Source: Candidatus Woesebacteria bacterium RBG_16_42_24 (GTDB taxonomy: Bacteria; Patescibacteriota; Microgenomatia; UBA8517). From it: a DNA stretch of 64,000 nt. A model generated the notes under the pieces. It was not told the DNA's origin and did not search any database. It worked only from the letters and a program-made list of their open reading frames with translations. The position numbers and the translations under genes are program-made. Where the stretch lies: contig MGFX01000007.1 of assembly GCA_001792115.1 (NCBI GenBank), forward strand, positions 5,265-69,264. The letters are read 5' to 3'. Each line of letters starts with the position of its first letter. Position 1 is the stretch's first letter. This document shows, piece after piece, positions 56,486-64,000 of this stretch.

Positions 56486-57497
56486 ATTTAATAATTCTTT
56501 CCAAAAGTTTTGGATAAGAAATTCCTGCGGCGGCTGCCGCTTTGGGTAGAAGGGACATTGGTGTAAGCCCCGGTATTGTGTTAATTTCTAAAACGTAAGG
56601 ATATTTGTTTTCTTTCAAGATGAAGTCCACCCTCCCAAAACCACTTGTCCCAATAGCTTTATAAACCTCAATTGCCAATTGCTGAACTTTCCTAGTAAGT
56701 TTTTTAGATAAACGTGCTGGGACAATTTCCTTAGCTCCGCTTTCGCTATATTTTGATTCATAGTCGAAAAATTCTCCTTTGAGTGGCCTAATTTCAATAA
56801 CGGGGAGAGCTTTTGGATCCTCGTTTCCTATCACACTGACTGTTAACTCCTTACCCTTGAGGTATTCATCGACAAGGGCGATATTCCCGTATTCGAATGC
56901 TAACCTGAGGGCATTCTTAAGTTCGGATTTTTTCCTTGCAATAGAGGCGCCCACCGAGGAACCCAAGTTATATGGCTTTACGAAATAGGGGGGTCTTCCC
57001 AACTCCTTAAGGTTCCGAACCTTCTCACCCCTTTTTACAACGATGTACTTGGGAATAGGAATACTCCTCCCCTTAAGAAGCTCTCGAAATTTTATTTTGT
57101 CCATTCCCAAAGCGCTTGCAAGAACTTTAGAGCCGGTATATTTAACTCCTGAAAGTTCAAGCATCCCTTGAATTGTTCCGTCTTCACCGTATGGACCATG
57201 CATAGCAATAAAAGCTACATCTACCCCACGGGATAAATTATTTGCCCCGGTTATTTCTTTATAGGAAAGTGGTACTATTTCCTTTTTCTTTGACCTCGCT
57301 TTTATAGGGTCCGGTAATGAAAAGATACTTTTTGCATCCGTGAGTCTCCATTTGCTTCCGTCTCTTGAGATAACTACGGGGAGAGGGGTGTATTTTGATT
57401 TATCGAGATTCCTTACTACTTCGCGACCTGAAATCAAAGATATCTCATGCTCGGGTGATTTCCCACCCATCAATACGGCGACTTTCACTTTTCTCAT
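56469..57497 (-). CDS. ddl: D-alanine--D-alanine ligase
   Basis: N-terminal Ddl domain (KVAVLMGGKSPEHEISLISG), ATP-grasp with GSSVG, and C-terminal EINTIPGLTPMSLLPK. Confidence 0.85.
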   Translation of the reverse strand: MRKVKVAVLMGGKSPEHEISLISGREVVRNLDKSKYTPLPVVISRDGSKWRLTDAKSIFSLPDPIKARSKKKEIVPLSYKEITGANNLSRGVDVAFIAMHGPYGEDGTIQGMLELSGVKYTGSKVLASALGMDKIKFRELLKGRSIPIPKYIVVKRGEKVRNLKELGRPPYFVKPYNLGSSVGASIARKKSELKNALRLAFEYGNIALVDEYLKGKELTVSVIGNEDPKALPVIEIRPLKGEFFDYESKYSESGAKEIVPARLSKKLTRKVQQLAIEVYKAIGTSGFGRVDFILKENKYPYVLEINTIPGLTPMSLLPKAAAAAGISYPKLLERIIKYALEK

Positions 57498-58291
57498 AGA
57501 CTTACCTTCTTAATCGAACCACTAATTCTTTCTCCCAAAAACATTTCTGCAACTCCTATAAATCTACTCGTTAAGTCCGTGACAAAATATATTCTTTTTG
57601 CTTTTGGGTTTTCGGGCGCCAAAAGATTCTTTTCCTCTAAATATAAGGAAAGGGAGGCTGCGATTTCTTCGGCGGGATCTATAAGGGCTACCCCCTGCCC
57701 CATAAAGCGTTTTATTTCTTTTTTGATAATGGGATAATGGGTGCAGGCTAAAATTAGCGAGTCAATTTTTTCCTTTTTAAGAGGAGTCAGATATTTCCTG
57801 ATGAGCGCTCTTATTAGTTGCCCCGACGTTTCCCCTTCCTCAATTGCCGGCACCAAAAGGGGACAGGCAAGTTCTATGATCTTACTTTTTGCATTCAGTT
57901 TCTTTATCGCATCCCTATATGCATGGCTTCCTATTGTGCCTCTAGTTCCTATCACACCCGTTTTTCTTAAGGAGAGGGTAGCTACTTTCTTGACTGTAGG
58001 AGAAATTGCATCAAAGACAGGAACCGGTGAAATTTTTCTTACTTCACTCGCCCCCAAGGCAGAGGAAGTATTACAGGCAATTACCAAACATTTAACTTTT
58101 CTTGTGATAAGAAATATTGCATCCTCTAAAGAAAACTTTTTGACGACTTCCTTGCTTCTAGTTCCATACGGAACCCGGGCCGTATCTCCCAAATAAATTA
58201 TGTCTTCATAAGGCAAGGCTTTCTTTATCTCATTTACTACTGTAAGGCCTCCAAGTCCGGAGTCAAAAACACCGATTGGTCGAGCATTCAT
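57494..58291 (-). CDS. murI: Glutamate racemase
   Basis: VFDSGLGGLTV, ACNTSS and CTHYP catalytic cysteine motifs. Confidence 0.85.
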   Translation of the reverse strand: MNARPIGVFDSGLGGLTVVNEIKKALPYEDIIYLGDTARVPYGTRSKEVVKKFSLEDAIFLITRKVKCLVIACNTSSALGASEVRKISPVPVFDAISPTVKKVATLSLRKTGVIGTRGTIGSHAYRDAIKKLNAKSKIIELACPLLVPAIEEGETSGQLIRALIRKYLTPLKKEKIDSLILACTHYPIIKKEIKRFMGQGVALIDPAEEIAASLSLYLEEKNLLAPENPKAKRIYFVTDLTSRFIGVAEMFLGERISGSIKKVSL

Positions 58292-58292
58292 A

Positions 58293-59591
58293 TCAGCCGA
58301 GGGCTTTCACGGCAGATTTAAACTTTCTTCCTCTATCCTTGTAATCTCTAAACATATCAAATGACGCCGCGGCAGGAGAAAGAAGTATAACCCCTCCATT
58401 AGGCGTATTCAAAAATGCCTCCCGAACAACTTCTTCCATAGATGAATTTCCTTTATCGATTATCTTTCCTTTATACCCCGCATTCTTAATAGCAATTCTT
58501 ATTTTTTGCCTTACCTGACCTATCAAAATTACAAATTTTACATTTTTTGCTTTAGAAATTTCTTCCCCCAAACCCTTGTAGTCAAGGAACTTCTCTGACC
58601 CTCCCAAAATTACAGTCAATGGCTCATCAAACGACCTAATGGCGGCAATTGTTGGCTGGGGACCCGTTGCAAATGAGTCGTTATAGAAAGTTATTCCTTT
58701 GACCTTCCCAACCAGTTCGAGTCTGTGCTCCAGTCCCCTAAAAGTCGTTAAAACCTTAAGGACGGCCTCGTCGCTAACTTTAAGAATATCGGAAACGGCG
58801 ACGGCCGCCGCCACATTTTCCCAGTTATGTTCTCCCTTAAGAAGTAGGCTCTTTTTATACCTATCAGCAAGTTGTCTTTTGGAGAAAAAGACTACCTTAG
58901 CTTTGGTTTGCTTCGAAAAACTTTTTGGGGGTTCGTAATCGGAATTAATAACTGCAAAATCGTCTTTACCCTGAAATTTGACAATATTTTTTTTGGCACT
59001 TACGTATTCGCTTAAATCTTTATGCCAGTCGAGATGATCCTGGGTGATATTAAGAACTACGGCGATGTGGGGACTTTCGTCCATATCTATAAGCTGAAAT
59101 GAGGAAAGCTCAAGCACAACCAAACTTTCTTTTTTAAGCTTGGGGATGAGTTCAAGAAAGGGTTTCCCAATATTTCCTGCCAAATAGACATCGTATCCTG
59201 CCTTTCTAAGAATTTCATAAATTAATGTAGCGGTTGTTCCTTTTCCTTTAGTTCCAGTAACGCCAATTATTTTTGCAGGAGATAGGTCAAAAAAAAGTTT
59301 AATCGCGCTTGAAATTGTTACTCCCTCACTCTCGGCTTTAACAATCTCGGGAATATTTCTATAAACCCCAGGAGATCTAAAAATGGTATCGAAATTCCCC
59401 AGTCCGTCTCTTAGATAATCCTTTCCGCAAATTAGAGTCAAATTATTTTTGGCCACACCCTCAAAATTCAAATCCCCCTCATTTTTCCTATCAAATACGA
59501 AAATTTTGGCCCCTTCCCTTAAAAGGTAGTTTGCCAAGTCTTTGCCCTCCATACCAAAACCCAAAATTGCTATCTTTTTATCCTTAAACAT
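58293..59591 (-). CDS. murD: UDP-N-acetylmuramoylalanine--D-glutamate ligase
   Basis: Rossmann N-domain (IAILGFGMEGKDLANYL), P-loop GVTGTKGKGTT, MurD C-domain. Confidence 0.85.
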   Translation of the reverse strand: MFKDKKIAILGFGMEGKDLANYLLREGAKIFVFDRKNEGDLNFEGVAKNNLTLICGKDYLRDGLGNFDTIFRSPGVYRNIPEIVKAESEGVTISSAIKLFFDLSPAKIIGVTGTKGKGTTATLIYEILRKAGYDVYLAGNIGKPFLELIPKLKKESLVVLELSSFQLIDMDESPHIAVVLNITQDHLDWHKDLSEYVSAKKNIVKFQGKDDFAVINSDYEPPKSFSKQTKAKVVFFSKRQLADRYKKSLLLKGEHNWENVAAAVAVSDILKVSDEAVLKVLTTFRGLEHRLELVGKVKGITFYNDSFATGPQPTIAAIRSFDEPLTVILGGSEKFLDYKGLGEEISKAKNVKFVILIGQVRQKIRIAIKNAGYKGKIIDKGNSSMEEVVREAFLNTPNGGVILLSPAAASFDMFRDYKDRGRKFKSAVKALG

Positions 59592-59593
59592 CT

Positions 59594-60550
59594 TTAGTTA
59601 AAACCAATGAGCTGTACTTCGGGTTCTAACTTTATTCCAAATTTTTTCTCTACTTTGTCTCGGTAAAAGTTCGCTAAATCGATAAAGTCTTTCGCTTTTC
59701 CTCCACCTAAGTTTATTATTAGGTTTCCGTGATACTCGGCTATTTCCACCCGGCCTTTGCGAGCTCCGATTGCTCCAACCGATTGCATAAGATACCCGGA
59801 GGGGATTTTACCAAAAATGATTTTATCTTCCGGAATTCTCTTTAGGGACTCCGCCGAAACGTCCTTTAATAGGACATTTTTAAAAAAACTACCCGGGCAC
59901 CTAACTCCTTCTGGATATTTACCCGCCCTCATGGCAATAATTTCTTTACTTTTTGAGACGAGCTCTGAGGATTTTCCCTTGGGAAACTGAAACGTCGCCG
60001 AAAGTATTATCCAACTTTTGTGTCCTTTAAAGACGCTCTCTCTGTAGGAAAACCTAAGTCTTCTTTTTTTCCAAATTACGACCTTGCCGTCTTTAAAAAA
60101 CTTAACACTTTTTAAATGGTCACATATTGCTTGGCCATATGCGCCTGCATTTCCATAGATCGCCCCACCCACAGTTCCGGGAATACCAGCCATGCTCTCT
60201 ATTCCTTGACTGCCTGAACGATTAACGAAATCTATAAACTCCGCTAAAGAAGTCCCTGCCTTGACTTCAAAATGGCCGTTTTCTTTGCTTATTCCCTCTA
60301 CACGATTCACGATTACGACTCCGTCGTAGCCTTTATCACTAACTAGTAGGTCGCTCCCCTCCCCTATGACTATAAATTTTTCTTGGGGGATAAGCTCTTG
60401 CAAAAGTTTTAGCAAAGTTTCTTCTCCACTTACTTCAATAAGCATCTTTGAGGGCCCGCCAATTTGAAGAGTAGTATGCTTACTCATTGGCTCGCTCTTG
60501 AACCCTTTTAGTCTATTTTCTTTAATAAACTCCTCAAGTTTTTTCATCAT
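59594..60550 (-). CDS. murB: UDP-N-acetylenolpyruvoylglucosamine reductase
   Basis: FAD-binding PCMH domain (IGGPSKMLIEV...GEGSDLLVSD), and MurB C-terminal domain with catalytic Ser/Glu context. Confidence 0.8.
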   Translation of the reverse strand: MMKKLEEFIKENRLKGFKSEPMSKHTTLQIGGPSKMLIEVSGEETLLKLLQELIPQEKFIVIGEGSDLLVSDKGYDGVVIVNRVEGISKENGHFEVKAGTSLAEFIDFVNRSGSQGIESMAGIPGTVGGAIYGNAGAYGQAICDHLKSVKFFKDGKVVIWKKRRLRFSYRESVFKGHKSWIILSATFQFPKGKSSELVSKSKEIIAMRAGKYPEGVRCPGSFFKNVLLKDVSAESLKRIPEDKIIFGKIPSGYLMQSVGAIGARKGRVEIAEYHGNLIINLGGGKAKDFIDLANFYRDKVEKKFGIKLEPEVQLIGFN

Positions 60551-63345
60551 TTAATTAAAGCTTCGTGTAAATAAAAAATGTCGCCAGCGCCAAGTGTCAA
60601 AAGCAGATCTCCCCTCCTTAGATTCTTTTCAAGCCAGTTAGCCGCCTCTTCATGCCCTCCTATATAATAGGCCTCCTTATTATGCCTCCTCGTTTCTTTA
60701 GCCAAATTAAGCGAGTTTACCGTGGGATCCTTTTCTTCCCTGGCCGAGGAGTAAATGTCCATGAATGCCACAACGTCTGCGTCGTCAAAAGAGGTGGCAA
60801 ACTCGGCAAAGAGAACCTTTGTCCTAGTGTACGTATGAGGTTGAAAAACGGCGACAATTCTTCTTTCGGGGAACCACTGCCTAGTCGCCGCAAGAACCGC
60901 CCTAATCTCGAGTGGGTGATGTGCATAATCGTCATAGATTTTAGCTCCTCCAACCTCTCCTACGAACTCGAATCTTCTTTTTACTCCAACAAATGCCGCC
61001 AGTCCTTCTTTCGCCACATTTGGAGAAATTCCAAAAAGTTTGGCTACGATAAATGTGGCAGTGGCATTGAGGACATTATATTGTCCCGGAATATTAATTC
61101 TTATATTTTTTACGATATCTGTTTTATGTTTAAGAGAGAATTTTGTAGAACTGGGGGAGAAAGTAACGTCCGTAATTCTCCAGTCGGCGTCAGGGGAAAA
61201 GCCAAATGTAGCCTTGGGTACGTCTATGTCGGAAATTAAGTCCCTTATATTCTTATTATCAACGTTAGCAACCAACCATCCATCACTTGGTACTTTTTGG
61301 AAAAATTCTTTAAAAGCTCTCTTAGTATCGGCAATTGTCGGGTAAATATCTGGGTGATCGTGCTCAATGTTTGTTACGACCAATACTTTAGGGGAAAGAA
61401 GAGAAAATCTGGGGTTATCGTTCACCCCGGGTGAAATTGCAAATTCATCTCCCTCGCAAACAAAGTATTTTCCCTCCTTATTAAACTTTCCAGGAGTATT
61501 TAGGGGGAAAATATTGCCAACCCCTATTGCAAACGATGGGGCTAGATTGGCGCTTTCAAGAAGATGCGCAATTAAAGAGGAGGTGGTGCTTTTGCCTCCG
61601 ACCCCACATACGCAAATTGTATCTTTGCCCTGTGAGAGCATGGCTAAAGCTTCTGCGTGGGTCATAACGGGGATTCCTCGCCTGCCTGCCGCCAAAACCT
61701 CCGGATTATTAAGGCCGCCATGCGCTCCGGTGGTAATCAACAAATTGCATTCCTTGTCAATATTTTTTCCCGAAAAACCAACTTTCCATTTGATTTTTCT
61801 TTTTGCGAGAATCTCGTCGGTAACAAATACTTCCTTCGTATCGCTTCCCGTAACTTTTGTTCCTTCATCGTCAAAACAAAGGGCAAGCGATGTCATTCCT
61901 ACCCCCTTTATTCCGGTAAAATGCACAAGCTTTAGACTCTCAAAATCAAATCCTCTCTCGACTGTCTTAACTTTTCCTTTGAGAGCATCTGCCACCGCCT
62001 CCTGATCACTCCATGGATATTCTTTTGACCCATAAGCCATACTTTTTTCGTGACCCTTTCCTAGTATTGCGACAATATCCCCTTTTCTAGCTAATTTATT
62101 AATAGCATAAAAAATTGCCTCACCCCTTTCTTCAATCTTGTAAATGTCCGTACCCTCCTTCGCTCCTCGGGAAATTGCACCGGATGCCATTTCATTTATT
62201 ATTTTTCTAACTGATTCGCCTCTTGGATCCTCTGCGGTGAAGACGGATATATTAGCTAGCCGTGCCGAAATATCCCCCATCATAGGCCTTTTTTGCTTAT
62301 CTCTCTCACCCGCGCATCCGAATATGGCAATTAATCTTGCACCATGACTTATCCTTACCAGCGCTCCCAGAGACATTTCTAAACCATTGGGAGTATGGGC
62401 AAAGTCTATAAATACCCTAAAACCTCTATTTGTTTTTATCTCTTGCATCCTTCCAGGGAGTTGGGGAAGAGTTTTAACTGCCTTCACTATTTCCGCTTCT
62501 TTTACCCCACACTCTTTTGCAACTGAAATCGCTGCTTGAGCATTTAAGTGGTTGTAATCCTCGGGAAATCTGTTTTCTATCGCTTCCGTCAGCCTTTTAC
62601 TAAGGGAAACGGGGTAATTTACTATCCTCACATTTTTATTTATGAGAGGTTTAATTTTGTTGTAAGAAGCGTCCCTCAGATTAAGAATAGCAACTCGGAC
62701 ATCCAAAAAAAGTTTGGATTTTGCTAAAATGTAGGCGTCGAAAGACTTGTGATAATCAAGGTGCTCATGCGTAATATTGGTTAATACCCCTATATCAAAT
62801 TTAATCCCTGCCGTCCTTTTTTGATCTAGACCGTGTGAAGTTATTTCAAGAACTGCGTATTCACATTCTGCGTCAACCATTTGTGAAAGAATTCTTTGAA
62901 GGTTAACTGTGTCTGGATTCGTAACGTGGAAACCCGTATCGAGAACCTTTCTCCCGACTTTTGCGTCAATTGTTGAAACAAGGCCAACTTTCTTCCCGGC
63001 ACACTTTAGCATCCAGTAGATAAGGCTTGCGGTTGTAGTTTTTCCGTCCGTACCCGTCACCCCTATTACCTTCATTTTGGCCGAAGGATTATGATAAAAG
63101 TTAGATGCGAGCACCCCGAGAGCTTCTCGAGAATCGGGGACTCTTATGTAGGTCGCATCCGGAATAATATCATACTCTCCAACGACTATCGAAGCTCCCC
63201 GGGAGATTGCGTCTTCTATAAAATCGTGTCCGTCGTGATTTATTCCTTTGACCGCAACAAAGATATAACCTCCCTTCACCTGCCTTGAATCGCTAGTTAT
63301 CCCCGAGTATTTTCCAAGTTCCTGAAGTAATTCGTCGAGCTGCAC
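60547..63345 (-). CDS. murE/murC: Fused MurE (UDP-MurNAc-L-Ala-D-Glu--diamino acid ligase) and MurC (UDP-MurNAc--L-Ala ligase) polypeptide
   Basis: The N-terminal half has MurE motifs (ITSDSRQVKGGYIFVAVKG..DGHDFI; VIGVTGTDGKTTTA; HEHLDYH). The second half restarts with a MurC N-domain (HFTGIKGVGMTSLALCF..GTKVTGSD), a second P-loop (GVGGKSTTSSL) and a MurC C-domain. There is no stop or frameshift between the halves. Confidence 0.75.
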   Translation of the reverse strand: MQLDELLQELGKYSGITSDSRQVKGGYIFVAVKGINHDGHDFIEDAISRGASIVVGEYDIIPDATYIRVPDSREALGVLASNFYHNPSAKMKVIGVTGTDGKTTTASLIYWMLKCAGKKVGLVSTIDAKVGRKVLDTGFHVTNPDTVNLQRILSQMVDAECEYAVLEITSHGLDQKRTAGIKFDIGVLTNITHEHLDYHKSFDAYILAKSKLFLDVRVAILNLRDASYNKIKPLINKNVRIVNYPVSLSKRLTEAIENRFPEDYNHLNAQAAISVAKECGVKEAEIVKAVKTLPQLPGRMQEIKTNRGFRVFIDFAHTPNGLEMSLGALVRISHGARLIAIFGCAGERDKQKRPMMGDISARLANISVFTAEDPRGESVRKIINEMASGAISRGAKEGTDIYKIEERGEAIFYAINKLARKGDIVAILGKGHEKSMAYGSKEYPWSDQEAVADALKGKVKTVERGFDFESLKLVHFTGIKGVGMTSLALCFDDEGTKVTGSDTKEVFVTDEILAKRKIKWKVGFSGKNIDKECNLLITTGAHGGLNNPEVLAAGRRGIPVMTHAEALAMLSQGKDTICVCGVGGKSTTSSLIAHLLESANLAPSFAIGVGNIFPLNTPGKFNKEGKYFVCEGDEFAISPGVNDNPRFSLLSPKVLVVTNIEHDHPDIYPTIADTKRAFKEFFQKVPSDGWLVANVDNKNIRDLISDIDVPKATFGFSPDADWRITDVTFSPSSTKFSLKHKTDIVKNIRINIPGQYNVLNATATFIVAKLFGISPNVAKEGLAAFVGVKRRFEFVGEVGGAKIYDDYAHHPLEIRAVLAATRQWFPERRIVAVFQPHTYTRTKVLFAEFATSFDDADVVAFMDIYSSAREEKDPTVNSLNLAKETRRHNKEAYYIGGHEEAANWLEKNLRRGDLLLTLGAGDIFYLHEALIK

Positions 63346-63350
63346 AGAGA

Positions 63351-64000
63351 CTAGTTCTCCCTCCTTATTTCCGCCCCTAACGCCCTCAATCTTTCCTCAA
63401 GTCGTTCATACCCTCTTTCTATCATTTCTACATTATCAATTACGCTTTCCCCTTCTGCTGCCAGGGCAGCCAAGACCAAAGACATTCCGGCCCTAATATC
63501 TTTTGAGTAAAGAAAGTCAGCAGAAAGTGGCGTTGGGCCGCTTACTATTACTCTGTGAGGATCTGCAATAAAAATATTTGCACCCATGGAAATTAAATCG
63601 TCGACAAAAAACATCCTCCATTCATACATCCAGTCGTGGCATAGAACTACCCCAGTAGTTTGTGTCGCCAAGACGATAAATGGGCTCATCAAGTCTGTTG
63701 GGAAACCAGGCCAAGGCCGAGTTTGAAACTTTCGCTTAAGGGCAACTAGCTTGGATGGTAGAACTTCCAAAGAGTCTTTTTCCTCACGAAACTCCACCCC
63801 CATATTCCTAAAATAATGAAGGATCATTTTATAATGTCCCGGAATATAATCCTTTATCGTCACTCTACCTTTGGTAATAGCCGAAGCAATTATAAAAGTT
63901 CCGCCTTCTACGTGATCCGGTATCACTTTATGGGTAGCTCCTTTCAACTTTCTTTTGCCTTTTATTGTCAGAATATTTGTACCTTCCCCTGAAATGTCTA
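63351..64000 (-). CDS. murA: UDP-N-acetylglucosamine 1-carboxyvinyltransferase, C-terminal part (gene continues beyond the window end)
   Basis: C-terminal EPSP-synthase-fold blocks (VIDNVEMIERGYERLEERLRALGAEI). Confidence 0.75.
   Translation of the reverse strand, partial: DISGEGTNILTIKGKRKLKGATHKVIPDHVEGGTFIIASAITKGRVTIKDYIPGHYKMILHYFRNMGVEFREEKDSLEVLPSKLVALKRKFQTRPWPGFPTDLMSPFIVLATQTTGVVLCHDWMYEWRMFFVDDLISMGANIFIADPHRVIVSGPTPLSADFLYSKDIRAGMSLVLAALAAEGESVIDNVEMIERGYERLEERLRALGAEIRREN

Noticed and set aside
1-64000. CRISPR arrays, integrase/transposase genes, toxin-antitoxin pairs and restriction-modification genes
   Set aside because: I looked for regularly spaced short direct repeats and for recognisable recombinase, nuclease or methyltransferase motifs. 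None found. The only repeats are those reported: the tail module, the 210-265 bp element and the tRNA-Asp 19-mer.

Overview
This 64 kb window looks like a small-genome, moderately AT-rich bacterium, most likely a CPR/Patescibacteria-like organism. That placement is an inference. It rests on many short genes on one strand, archaeal-type sugar isomerase and mutase genes, an isolated rplS, a gatCAB cluster and a compact cell-wall superoperon. Nearly all genes are on the minus strand. Core content, in order: a partial eno gene (N-terminal 152 aa; the rest lies beyond the window start); ppsA; a bifunctional PGI/PMI gene; a phosphohexomutase gene; a holA-like gene; ruvC; two tRNAs (Met-CAT and one with an atypical anticodon loop); sodA; an MBL hydrolase gene; yraN; rplS; dnaE; a stand-alone GGDEF gene; gatB, an MFS transporter gene, gatA and gatC; htpX and lemA; a PolX gene; tRNA-Asp; a LysM-domain protein gene; and tRNA-Gly. 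Between tRNA-Gly and tRNA-Thr lies a low-GC accessory segment. It carries an orphan PEP-utilizer swivel-domain protein, two unknown proteins, two PNPOx-like flavoproteins, an SDR, a class-2 pyrD-like gene and an FNR-like reductase. It is punctuated by two copies of a ~210-265 bp repeat. After it come a surface-glycan cluster, a purine/pyrimidine phosphoribosyltransferase gene, a regulator with a sigma-70 region-4-like C-terminus, and a strongly GC-rich lipoprotein nucleosidase gene lying between that regulator gene and tRNA-Val. The last ~23 kb (41.0-64.0 kb) is a single cell-division and peptidoglycan array: lepB, then parB, rpmA, rplU, rodA, ileS, a nudix gene, one unknown gene, ftsZ, ftsA, ftsQ, murG, ftsW, mraY, murF, alr, ddl, murI, murD, murB, a fused murE-murC gene and a partial murA. 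The most unusual sequence-level observation is a ~30-nt module that encodes the FtsZ C-terminal partner-binding tail (IPAFLRKIH-stop). It recurs at the 3' ends of three consecutive genes, including in frame as the last residues of the Nudix hydrolase. No CRISPR array and no obvious defence or toxin genes were seen.
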